Below, piece after piece: positions 48,675 through 57,671 of a stretch of 64,000 nucleotides of DNA. Source of the DNA: Candidatus Falkowbacteria bacterium HGW-Falkowbacteria-1. Lineage in GTDB: Bacteria > Patescibacteriota > Patescibacteriia > Patescibacteriales > UBA12465. Location of the stretch: NCBI GenBank assembly GCA_002840305.1, contig PHAI01000002.1, positions 74,707-138,706 of the forward strand. Reading direction: 5' to 3'. Both the position numbers and the translations under genes were made by a program. Within the stretch, counting starts at the first letter, position 1; each line of letters begins with the position of its first letter. The notes under the pieces are model-generated. The model had not been told where the DNA came from. It was given only the letters and a program-made list of their open reading frames with translations, and made no database searches.

Positions 48675-49886
48675 ATGAAAAAATCAAGAAATGCTGCGAA
48701 AATGGTCGGAAAAATATTTCTGCCCATGCTTATTGTTTTTGCTATTTTTTTGGCGATAATTTCTTGCCAAAAAGACGATTATTTAACACCAATTCCTGGA
48801 CCTAAAATTAATTTTAGTGTTCAAAATGAAGACGGAGAAAGCTCCATGAAAAGCGCCAAATCAACAATGGCACCAAATGGAACAAAAAGCGAAATTGCCG
48901 ATGGAACTATTTACAACATCTTCGGCACTGGAAAAACCGGACTTTGGAGCACTGAGCCTTTAACTGCCATCAACTGGCAAATAACAGGCCCAAACGGCTT
49001 AGACACGCTGATTAGTTCTCAAGAAGCCATAACTTTTAAATTTATGGAACTAGGAACTTATAACATTAGGGCGTTTCTTCCTGCCCCATATGGATTTGAG
49101 TGGAATATGACAGTAAATGTTTTAAGCTCCGAGGATGAATTAAATGTAGTAAATGTTCGCTTCGTTGGCTCTGAATGGGTTGATGGTATTGGAATGTTTA
49201 CCTATACCTTTAGAGTTAATAAACCGCTTTTTATAACTGGGACGGAAACACTTTTTCGCATCACCGAATTAAGCGACAGTATTAACGCTTTATATCTCCC
49301 GATTTTTGATGGGATAGAAATAACACCGGGAGGTGATTCTATAGATATTTCTTTTTCCTACCCACCTAGCGGTTTAGATTATTTTGACGTCAAATTCATC
49401 GGAGGGTACATAAACACTGGGGGGGACAGTATCTGGTTCAACGCCGAACCAACAAGTCCTTACAAATGTCAGGATCCAATCGATAATGATATCTTCGAAG
49501 CAACCATATTTAATGGCATAATCGGAGTAGCCGAAACAACATTTCCGATTCCGAGCGACATACAAGTAGGAATCGGCGATTATAACAATGACGTTCCCGT
49601 TGTCTTGCTAGCACTTCCTGTTAGCGGTGGCGTTGACTTGTATTTTTTATCTGAAGAAGCTGAAACATTCAGATATAGAGAAATAATAACAGACCCCTGG
49701 ACAGAAGTATCATTAGCCGATGTTGGCGGACAGCGATTTTACGCACATTTACCAGAAAATCCAGCCTCCGGAGAACATATTTTTGAATACGGAACCGGAA
49801 CTGGCATTACCTTTGTTCCCGATCCATACTTGATACAATCTTCCCTGTATTACGAACCATGGACATCCTTGGTGCTGGTACACTAA
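48675..49886 (+). CDS. Orphan acidic lipoprotein (possible PKD-like domain)
   Basis: Signal peptide ending AIIS-C followed by QKDD; GGAGG SD at 48661; W-x-I-x-G...F-x-x-x-GTY PKD-like pattern. Confidence 0.85.
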   Translation: MKKSRNAAKMVGKIFLPMLIVFAIFLAIISCQKDDYLTPIPGPKINFSVQNEDGESSMKSAKSTMAPNGTKSEIADGTIYNIFGTGKTGLWSTEPLTAINWQITGPNGLDTLISSQEAITFKFMELGTYNIRAFLPAPYGFEWNMTVNVLSSEDELNVVNVRFVGSEWVDGIGMFTYTFRVNKPLFITGTETLFRITELSDSINALYLPIFDGIEITPGGDSIDISFSYPPSGLDYFDVKFIGGYINTGGDSIWFNAEPTSPYKCQDPIDNDIFEATIFNGIIGVAETTFPIPSDIQVGIGDYNNDVPVVLLALPVSGGVDLYFLSEEAETFRYREIITDPWTEVSLADVGGQRFYAHLPENPASGEHIFEYGTGTGITFVPDPYLIQSSLYYEPWTSLVLVH

Positions 49887-49908
49887 AGATTGGAAAAAAT
49901 AAACAAAC

Positions 49909-49934
49909 ACCCTTCTTTCTTAGGAGGGTTTTTT
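49909..49934 (+). terminator. Intrinsic terminator
   Basis: ACCCTTCT / AGGAGGGT stem followed by a T run. Confidence 0.8.
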
Positions 49935-50045
49935 ATTTGCTAAAAAATAAAAAAATCTGTCTTTTTATAAATCTCAAAATTAGACATTTAAGCCACTATT
50001 TGCTAAAATTAAAGAAGTAATAAAATAAATAATCTAAAATAATTT

Positions 50046-51008
50046 ATGCCAAAATTTCTAAAAATTTCCAAAAAAATAACCAAGGTAACTATTGATAACC
50101 CGAAATTACCAAAAAAAATAGAATGGTATAATATTTTGGATCCAGAAAAAAAAGAAATTAGTTTTTTGAAAAAAGAATTTAATTTTGACGACAAACATCT
50201 TGAGGCTTCATTAGTAAAAATGACAGCTCAAAGACCAATGATTTATAATGGAAAAAATTACCTTTTTATAATCATGCACTTCCCTGTTTTAGAAAAAGGA
50301 CAAATAGTTCCCAGCGAGATAGAATTTTTTGTTGGCCATGGTTTTTTAGTAACTCTTCACGATAATAAAACCAAAGCACTAAAAGAATTTATTGAACAAT
50401 GTTCAGAGGATAAAATATTTCCTGAAAGCTATAAATACGAATCATCAGCCATACTTCTTTATGAAATTCTAGAAAAGTTAATTCAAGACTCTTACACCTT
50501 ATTAGATGAAAACAATATTGAAATTAGTAATGTAGAAAAAAATATTTTCGAAAACAAACAGAGCGAGATAACATCCCAATTATTAATCCTAAAAAGAAAT
50601 ATTATAAATATTAGAAGAATCATTCAGAACCACAAGAATATCATGAAAAAATTAACTGAGATGGAAAGCACTTTGGTTCCTCAAGAACAAATAAAAAATT
50701 ATTATGATAATTTAGCAGAACACAGCCAAAGAATTTGGGAATTTTCAGAAATACAAAAAGAAATAATAGAGTCCTTACACGATACTAGCGAATCAGTTAG
50801 TAGTTACAGAATAAACAATATCATGAAAACCTTAACTATAGTTTCGGTAATAATCATGCCTCTAAATTTATTTATCAACCTGTTCGGAATGAATTTCAAT
50901 CCTTCGCCACCAGAGGAAAACATCAAATTATTTATGAACATAATACTAATAAGCTCCCTCTCGGGCCTCCTTTTATTACTGTTCTTCAAAAAGAAAAAAT
51001 GGCTTTAG
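50046..51008 (+). CDS. corA: CorA-family Mg2+ transporter
   Basis: NNIMKTLT, FGMNF signature, two C-terminal TM helices. Confidence 0.92.
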   Translation: MPKFLKISKKITKVTIDNPKLPKKIEWYNILDPEKKEISFLKKEFNFDDKHLEASLVKMTAQRPMIYNGKNYLFIIMHFPVLEKGQIVPSEIEFFVGHGFLVTLHDNKTKALKEFIEQCSEDKIFPESYKYESSAILLYEILEKLIQDSYTLLDENNIEISNVEKNIFENKQSEITSQLLILKRNIINIRRIIQNHKNIMKKLTEMESTLVPQEQIKNYYDNLAEHSQRIWEFSEIQKEIIESLHDTSESVSSYRINNIMKTLTIVSVIIMPLNLFINLFGMNFNPSPPEENIKLFMNIILISSLSGLLLLLFFKKKKWL

Positions 51009-51075
51009 GCCTATAAAGATTTTTATATAACAAAAATGGCTCCAAAAGAGCCTTTTTTGTTAGCTTTTGTGCATA

Positions 51076-51104
51076 TTGACATTTTTTTATAAATATGCTA
51101 TAAT
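51076..51104 (+). promoter_or_regulatory. Consensus sigma70 promoter of the GT4 gene
   Basis: TTGACA-17 bp-TATAAT with extended TG. Confidence 0.8.
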
Positions 51105-51124
51105 TTGGAGTTAAATACAAATAT

Positions 51125-52222
51125 ATGAAGATATTTTTTATCGGACAGAAAGGAATACCGGCCTCTGGTGGCGGAGTTGAAAATCATGTTGAAAATTTGG
51201 CCTTAAATTTGGTCAAATCAGGACATGAAGTTTTTGCTTACACTAGATATAATTATAGCGATAAAAACGTAAAGGAATACAAAAATATACAACTTATTCC
51301 ACTACCGAGTATCCCTGGTAAAAATTTAGACGCCATAAGCCATACATTCTTAGCATGTCTTGATTTTATTTTTAAAAGAAAAGCTGATATAGTTCATTTT
51401 CATTCTATCGGACCGGCATCTTTGTCTTGGCTGATAAAAGTTTTCAGACCAAAAACAAAAATTATTTTTACTTTTCACAGCCAATGTTACTACAACACAA
51501 AGTGGGGTAAATTAGCCAAATTCTATCTAATGTTAGGAGAAAGAATCGGCTGCAAAATAGCTGACGAAGTAATTGTTGTTTCCAAAAATCTAAAGGAGTA
51601 CACTGAGAATAAATACAAAAGAAAAGTGAATTATATACCAAACGGAGCCAACCCAATAGAAATATTACCAAACGGTGAAATTACAAAAAAATGGAATCTA
51701 GAAAAAAACACCTACATCCTTTCTGTTTCTAGAGTAGTTAGAAATAAAGGATTGGAATATCTGATTGAAGCTTATAAACAAATTAAAACTGATAAAAAAT
51801 TAGTAATAGTTGGGGACGGAGATTTTTTAAATAAATTAAAAGAAAAAGCTAAAAATAACACAAATGTAATCTTTACCGGCAACCAAAATGGCAAAGTTTT
51901 GAATGAGCTTTTTTCTAATGCCGCACTCTTTGTTCAAGCATCAGAAGCCGAAGGATTGTCCATTGCCCTGCTCGAGGCTATGTCTGCTAAAATACCAATA
52001 ATAACAAGTGATATAGCAGCCAATAAGGAAGTTGTGGGCTCTGACGCCTTTCTATTTGAAAATAAAAATATAGACGATCTTAAAAACAAGATTAATATTG
52101 TTTTAAGTGAAGAAAACCGAGCTGGTATTGACAAAAATATTAAAAATAGTTATAATAAGGTGTTAAAGGATTATGACTGGGAGAACATAACAAAAGAAGT
52201 TCTCGATGTTTATTTTCCTTAA
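51125..52222 (+). CDS. Glycosyltransferase family 4
   Basis: GQKGIPASGGGVE, KGLEYL, EGLSIALLEAM. Confidence 0.93.
   Translation: MKIFFIGQKGIPASGGGVENHVENLALNLVKSGHEVFAYTRYNYSDKNVKEYKNIQLIPLPSIPGKNLDAISHTFLACLDFIFKRKADIVHFHSIGPASLSWLIKVFRPKTKIIFTFHSQCYYNTKWGKLAKFYLMLGERIGCKIADEVIVVSKNLKEYTENKYKRKVNYIPNGANPIEILPNGEITKKWNLEKNTYILSVSRVVRNKGLEYLIEAYKQIKTDKKLVIVGDGDFLNKLKEKAKNNTNVIFTGNQNGKVLNELFSNAALFVQASEAEGLSIALLEAMSAKIPIITSDIAANKEVVGSDAFLFENKNIDDLKNKINIVLSEENRAGIDKNIKNSYNKVLKDYDWENITKEVLDVYFP
52128..52156 (+). promoter_or_regulatory. Consensus sigma70 promoter embedded in the GT4 3' end, likely driving 52286-52774
   Basis: TTGACA(52128-52133)-17 bp-TATAAT(52151-52156). Confidence 0.7.
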
Positions 52223-52285
52223 TTAACCTTAAATAGGACATTAAAATTAAAATTATTTTAACTTAAATAAAAGGAGAACAGCGCG

Positions 52286-52774
52286 ATGAAAAAAATTATT
52301 TTTTTCTTGACATTTGCACTCCTGCTCACCTCGTGTGAAAAGGAATTTGTATTTGACGAAAAAGCACCTGGTGACAGTACTTATGACTGGCCAGGGTATC
52401 CAGTGCCAAGGCCAGTGGAAGAACTGGGAAGAACCGCTGCCAGTGGTTGGAGTAACGTGTATGACTACACCTTCAGAATGCATCTGGATGGAAGTCAAAG
52501 CGACCCAAATCCATTGACCATTGAAACTTTTGCCATACCGCACGTAGGACCTCATGGCGTGACTATATATACAAATGTCACAAATGACGCTACCTACACC
52601 ATTAGCAAAATTGAAAACGGATGGATATATTACACTATCCGATCCGAGGCTGGCAACACTTTGAAGTATAATCTAGCTAAAAAAACTGGTACTTCATCGT
52701 ATACGTGGTTTCTAAGATATGGTTTAACTACCGACGATGGCACTACTAACATGGTGACATTCGTCGCTAACTAA
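52286..52774 (+). CDS. Orphan lipoprotein
   Basis: MKKIIFFLTFALLLTS-C-EKE lipobox; AAGGAG SD; own terminator. Confidence 0.85.
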   Translation: MKKIIFFLTFALLLTSCEKEFVFDEKAPGDSTYDWPGYPVPRPVEELGRTAASGWSNVYDYTFRMHLDGSQSDPNPLTIETFAIPHVGPHGVTIYTNVTNDATYTISKIENGWIYYTIRSEAGNTLKYNLAKKTGTSSYTWFLRYGLTTDDGTTNMVTFVAN

Positions 52775-52797
52775 GGTGACATAACCGTCAAAAACAC

Positions 52798-52825
52798 AAA
52801 AGGGATCTTAACAATCCCTTTTTTT
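52798..52825. terminator. Bidirectional terminator between the lipoprotein gene and pyrG
   Basis: AAAAGGGAT / ATCCCTTTT inverted repeat. Confidence 0.8.
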
Positions 52826-52844
52826 ATTTTATTTAACTAAATCT

Positions 52845-54503
52845 TTATTTTTTCTTATCCTTCAAGACCTTAACAAACTCCACAAATAAAGGATGTGGCG
52901 CGAGTGGTCTAGAAATATATTCTGGGTGAAACTGAACACCCACAAAAAAAGGATGATTTTTTATTTCAATAGACTCTACTATTTTTCCGTCAGGTGAAGT
53001 GCCAGAAACAACCAACCCCTTCTTTTCAAAAAGATCCCTATATTCATTGTTAAATTCATAGCGATGACGATGTCTTTCGTTGATAACATCCTTAAAGCCC
53101 ATTTTGCCATAAGCCCTATATAATACAGTGTTTTTTGTCATTTTACATGGCCAAGCACCCAAACGAATAGTTCCCCCATATCCCTTTTTCTTTATTAACT
53201 CTTCCTGCTCCGGCATAATATGGATTACCTTGTTTTTACTTTTTGGATTTATTTCTTCAGAAACAGCATCTTTTAGGCCACAAACATTTCTGGCAAATTC
53301 TATAACCGCCATTTGCATACCATAACAAAGACCAAGATAAGGAATTTTATTTTCTCGACAATATTTTATAGTTTCTATCTTCCCCTCCGAACCTCTACTT
53401 CCCCATCCCTGTGGAACTATTATTCCATCAAGATTTTTTAAGCATTTCAAACCGTTCTTTTCTATGTCCTCGGCACTAATCCAATCTAATTTAACTTTAA
53501 TCTTATTATACGCAGCAGCATGTTTTATTGCCTCAATAACTGAAATATAAGAATCAGTTAAAGAAAAGTCGCCGGTAGCAAAATATTTGCCTACTATGCC
53601 TATGCTCAATTCTTTTTTAGCGTTTTTAATATTATTCACCATTTCTAACCATTTTTTATTATTTTCCCTGCCTTTTGCAGTGTTTTTGGGTTTTAAATTT
53701 AACTTTTTAAGTATTTTATTACCAAAACCATTTTTTTCAAAATTAATAGGAACTTCATAAATAGAATCTATATCAGGAGCAGCTATAACATCGTCTTTAA
53801 AAACATTACAATGAATGGCTATCTTGCCGCGTCTGACATCGTCAATTTCCTTTTCTGATCTAGCAACTATAAAATTTGGTTGAATACCAGCAGTATTTAA
53901 ACTTCTTACGGCATGCTGTGTCGGTTTTGTTTTCATTTCTCCTATTTTATTTGGTATTGGGAGATAAGAAACTATAACAAACAAAACATCTTCTGGGTTT
54001 TTTAACTTCATTACTCTAGCAGCTTCTAAAAAAAGAAGGTTTTCATATTCGCCAACAGTCCCCCCGATCTCTATAACCATTATATCAGCCTTGCTTTTTA
54101 CGGTGGCCTTTTTAATTCTATCTCTTATTTCCATCGGGATATGAGGAATAACCTGCACGCATTTACCGCCATATTCCAAGCCTCTCTCTTTATTTATAAC
54201 AGTTTGATAAACACGACCAGTAGTCATGTAGTTTTCTTTATAAATATTCCTATTTAAAAATCTCTCGTAGTTTCCAACATCTTGATCTGTTTCATCTCCA
54301 TCATCAGTCACAAAAACTTCCCCATGCTCTATAGGATTCATGGTGCCAGCATCAATATTGATGTAGGGGTCTATTTTTATGGCGCTAACATTATAACCTT
54401 TATTAGAAAGAATTTGAGCAATAGAAGCAGTAGTTATACCCTTACCAACTCCGGACATCACTCCTCCAACTACAAAGATAAATTTTGTTTTAATCTTCTT
54501 CAT
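52845..54503 (-). CDS. pyrG: CTP synthase
   Basis: GGVMSGVGKG, KIDPYIN, KTKPTQH, GLCYGMQ, QFHPE. Confidence 0.98.
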   Translation of the reverse strand: MKKIKTKFIFVVGGVMSGVGKGITTASIAQILSNKGYNVSAIKIDPYINIDAGTMNPIEHGEVFVTDDGDETDQDVGNYERFLNRNIYKENYMTTGRVYQTVINKERGLEYGGKCVQVIPHIPMEIRDRIKKATVKSKADIMVIEIGGTVGEYENLLFLEAARVMKLKNPEDVLFVIVSYLPIPNKIGEMKTKPTQHAVRSLNTAGIQPNFIVARSEKEIDDVRRGKIAIHCNVFKDDVIAAPDIDSIYEVPINFEKNGFGNKILKKLNLKPKNTAKGRENNKKWLEMVNNIKNAKKELSIGIVGKYFATGDFSLTDSYISVIEAIKHAAAYNKIKVKLDWISAEDIEKNGLKCLKNLDGIIVPQGWGSRGSEGKIETIKYCRENKIPYLGLCYGMQMAVIEFARNVCGLKDAVSEEINPKSKNKVIHIMPEQEELIKKKGYGGTIRLGAWPCKMTKNTVLYRAYGKMGFKDVINERHRHRYEFNNEYRDLFEKKGLVVSGTSPDGKIVESIEIKNHPFFVGVQFHPEYISRPLAPHPLFVEFVKVLKDKKK

Positions 54504-54515
54504 AATAAGTTTGAA

Positions 54516-55775
54516 TTATTTTAATAAATCTAATGCTTTTTCTAACTGCGGATCAAAATCTTTCTCGAAATCTTCAAACGTCAATTCAACTTCTTCGTCT
54601 GGGTTTATACCCTCTTTGTTTATATCCTGCCCCAATGGCGTAAGCCATTTAGCTATAGTTATTTTTACAGAAGAACCATCCTCCATATTTTTTATCATTT
54701 GGACAGAACCCTTTCCATAACTTTTTTCTCCAACTATTGTAGCTTTTCCGTAATCCTGTAAAGCGCCAGCAACTATTTCCGAAGCTGAGGCACTACCATA
54801 ATTTATCAAAACAACACTTGGAATATTTGTTAAATAATTAGATCCTTCGGCTGTATATTCAGTTTCATGTTCGTCACTAAACCTTTCTATTAAAGCTTTT
54901 TGTCCGCTCACCCATTCACCCAAAACAAGAACTGATGATTCCAAATATCCACCAGGATTATTTCTTAAATCCAATATAACACCCTTGGCTTTTTCGTCAA
55001 AAGCTTGTTTGGCAAATTGAGAAAACAAGGAATCAGTATCACCATTAAAAGCATTAATTTTTATTAAGAAAATATTATCATTTAATACCTCCAAAGAAAC
55101 ACTTTTAATAACTATAGTATCTCTCGTTATTGAAATATCTTTAAAATCTTCAAGGCCAATTCTAAAAATTTTTAGAACAACTTCACTCCCTTTTGGTCCT
55201 CTTATTTTACTTACTGCTTGATCAATACTCATATCTTCAGTGCTTTCACTGTTTATTTCCAAAATCTTATCACCGGCCATAAGACCAGCGTTGTAAGCCG
55301 GAGTACCATCAAGTGGAGCAATAACAGTAAGGGTCCCGTCTTTTATGCCTATCTCAGCGCCAATACCTTCAAAGGAACCAGACATGTCATCTTCAAATTC
55401 TTTAGTTGATTTTGGATCCATAAATTCTGAATAAGGATCATCAATAGAATTAACCAAGCCTTTTAAAGACCCATAAAACATCTGTTTATCGGTCAAAGCA
55501 TCTTTCCCAACATAAGATTCCTTTATAATATCCCAAGTATCCCAATAAAGATTAAAATCAATATTCTGAGATAATTTACCGTCATATTTTTGGTATTTAC
55601 CAGACAATTTTCCCAGAAACACAACCTCTCCTTCCGCTACTTTTTTTACAACATTGTTTTCAACGGCTAAATAAGCCCCAGCCAAAAAAACAAAAAATAA
55701 AATGAAAACATTAAGCAAAAAAACAGCTATTTTTTTAAAAATTTTTTTTAATCTCATTTTATTTTTATTATTCAT
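54516..55775 (-). CDS. ctpA: Carboxyl-terminal processing protease (S41, PDZ)
   Basis: DPYS, GIGAEI PDZ, LDLRNNPGG, SASASEI, GKGSVQ. Confidence 0.93.
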   Translation of the reverse strand: MNNKNKMRLKKIFKKIAVFLLNVFILFFVFLAGAYLAVENNVVKKVAEGEVVFLGKLSGKYQKYDGKLSQNIDFNLYWDTWDIIKESYVGKDALTDKQMFYGSLKGLVNSIDDPYSEFMDPKSTKEFEDDMSGSFEGIGAEIGIKDGTLTVIAPLDGTPAYNAGLMAGDKILEINSESTEDMSIDQAVSKIRGPKGSEVVLKIFRIGLEDFKDISITRDTIVIKSVSLEVLNDNIFLIKINAFNGDTDSLFSQFAKQAFDEKAKGVILDLRNNPGGYLESSVLVLGEWVSGQKALIERFSDEHETEYTAEGSNYLTNIPSVVLINYGSASASEIVAGALQDYGKATIVGEKSYGKGSVQMIKNMEDGSSVKITIAKWLTPLGQDINKEGINPDEEVELTFEDFEKDFDPQLEKALDLLK

Positions 55776-55802
55776 ATTTAATTTAATAAGACAAACAAAA
55801 AA

Positions 55803-56405
55803 CTAATCTCTAATTATTTTAATATTTTTAAAATCCCTCAAATCAATCAATTTAGATGGTCTTTTTCCGGGCCTCTCTCCTTCAAGTTTTAAAATTATAT
55901 CCGGTTGATCAATATTTGTTTTGAAGAAGCATCCTATATCTTTAATATTGTTTAAAAATTTTTCCCCTGTAATGTTACAACTAGTAGAAACGAGCGGCTT
56001 GCCAAGCAACTTTATTATTTTAATCAAAAAATTTCTTTTTGGCAAACGAACAGCTACCCCAATTTTTTTATCTAATTTCAATTGATTACAAATGTAATCT
56101 TTGGCATCTAAAATTACCGAGGTCGGCCTTTCATTCTTGCCCCATATTTTTTTTAAAAGTTTTTCTTGAGAAACAGAAACATTAAAATATTTTTTCAACA
56201 TAAAAAAATCACTCACCAAAATTATAAAAGGTCTGTGATTTTCTATTCTTTTTATTTTTTTTATTCTATTTAAAGAATCAAAATTGTCAAAAACACAACT
56301 CAAACCATAAATGGTATCAGTCAAAACTACAAATATCGATCCCTTCTTTATCTTCTCTATGAAATTAAAGCGAGCCTCTTTTTTGTTAATAATCAATAAA
56401 CCCAT
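55803..56405 (-). CDS. tsaC: Threonylcarbamoyl-AMP synthase (YrdC/Sua5)
   Basis: TDTIYGL, K-R, AVRLP, STSCNITG, PSKLID. Confidence 0.85.
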   Translation of the reverse strand: MGLLIINKKEARFNFIEKIKKGSIFVVLTDTIYGLSCVFDNFDSLNRIKKIKRIENHRPFIILVSDFFMLKKYFNVSVSQEKLLKKIWGKNERPTSVILDAKDYICNQLKLDKKIGVAVRLPKRNFLIKIIKLLGKPLVSTSCNITGEKFLNNIKDIGCFFKTNIDQPDIILKLEGERPGKRPSKLIDLRDFKNIKIIRD

Positions 56406-56419
56406 ATCTAATTGATAAA

Positions 56420-56929
56420 CTAAATCATTGACTGTAAAAGTCTAAGAGTTTCCGGAACAAATGGTTCTATCCAATAAACAGCCTTTATAAGAATTGGAGA
56501 AATGCTTGAATCGGAAATAACAAAATTTAAAAAATAATTTAAAAAAGCATAGTGAGACAAAACAAACAAGATAGACCCCAAAATAAACAAGCCTTGAATC
56601 AGGCCAAAAACAGCACCCGCTAATCTATTGGCCAAAGAAATTATTGGTAAAGAAGTTACTATCTTCAAAATTTTGGCTATCAATCTAAAACCAAAACTTA
56701 AAATAAACGAAAAAATGCTCAAAACAATAATAAAAGACAATGTTTTGCCTATACCTTCAGATCCAAAACCAACAAAAGGAAAAATATCGTAAAAAACTGA
56801 ATAAAATTTAATAGCCAGAATAATACCCAAGACAGACGCCAATAAATTCAAAGCCATTTTTACCAAACCAAGGAAAAAACCATACAAGATAAAAAGACCT
56901 AGAAACACTAACAAAATTATATCCACCAT
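56420..56929 (-). CDS. cvpA: CvpA family membrane protein
   Basis: DIIL...GFFLGL, NRLAGAVFG, S-x-I-x-P. Confidence 0.85.
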   Translation of the reverse strand: MVDIILLVFLGLFILYGFFLGLVKMALNLLASVLGIILAIKFYSVFYDIFPFVGFGSEGIGKTLSFIIVLSIFSFILSFGFRLIAKILKIVTSLPIISLANRLAGAVFGLIQGLFILGSILFVLSHYAFLNYFLNFVISDSSISPILIKAVYWIEPFVPETLRLLQSMI

Positions 56930-56974
56930 ATAAATATTATATACTCACACAAGGCTTTGTGTGTTTACATTTTT

Positions 56975-57649
56975 TTAATAAATAATAACAGTAAATTCGC
57001 CCTTCAAAGACACTTGGTCTTCGCTTAGTTTTTCTAAAAGATTTTTAGCGCTGTCATTATAAAAAGTATAATACATTTTACTTAACTCTCTAAAAACCAT
57101 TACTTTTTTGCTATCTTTTTCTATTCTCGACGACAATTCTTCAAGTAATTTTAATATTCTATGTTTTGATTCGAATAAAACAACCGGATACTTACTCGAA
57201 ATAACTTCATTTATCATCTTCGATCTTCCTTTTTTATGAGGCAAGAAACCAAAAAACAAAAACTTATCAATCTTTAATCCAGAAACAGACAGCGCCGCAG
57301 TTAAAGCAGACGGCCCAGGAATGGGCTCTATCAAAACTTCTGGCAGTTTTTTTCTAACCAAATCAAGCAACACTCCACCAGGATCAGATATGGCCGGCGT
57401 TCCAGCATCACTTATCAAAGCAATATTCTTGTCTTCCTCCAAAAGTTTTAAAACTTCGTTATATCTTTTTTCACTACTATGATGATGAAAAGAGATTAAA
57501 GGTTTTTTGATTTCATAGCGATCTAAAAGTTTTTTGCTTACCCTGGTATCCTCACTTAAAATATAGTCAACTTCTTTTAAGATTCTCAAAGCCCTTAAAG
57601 TAATATCTTCCATGTTTCCTATTGGAGTTGCTACCACATAAAGACTCAT
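56975..57649 (-). CDS. rsmI: 16S rRNA C1402 2'-O-methyltransferase
   Basis: LYVVATPIGN-x-x-DITLRA, EDTR, SDAGTPAISDPG, RELSK, KGEF. Confidence 0.97.
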   Translation of the reverse strand: MSLYVVATPIGNMEDITLRALRILKEVDYILSEDTRVSKKLLDRYEIKKPLISFHHHSSEKRYNEVLKLLEEDKNIALISDAGTPAISDPGGVLLDLVRKKLPEVLIEPIPGPSALTAALSVSGLKIDKFLFFGFLPHKKGRSKMINEVISSKYPVVLFESKHRILKLLEELSSRIEKDSKKVMVFRELSKMYYTFYNDSAKNLLEKLSEDQVSLKGEFTVIIY

Positions 57650-57671
57650 ACAAAATGAAATTAAAAATTAA

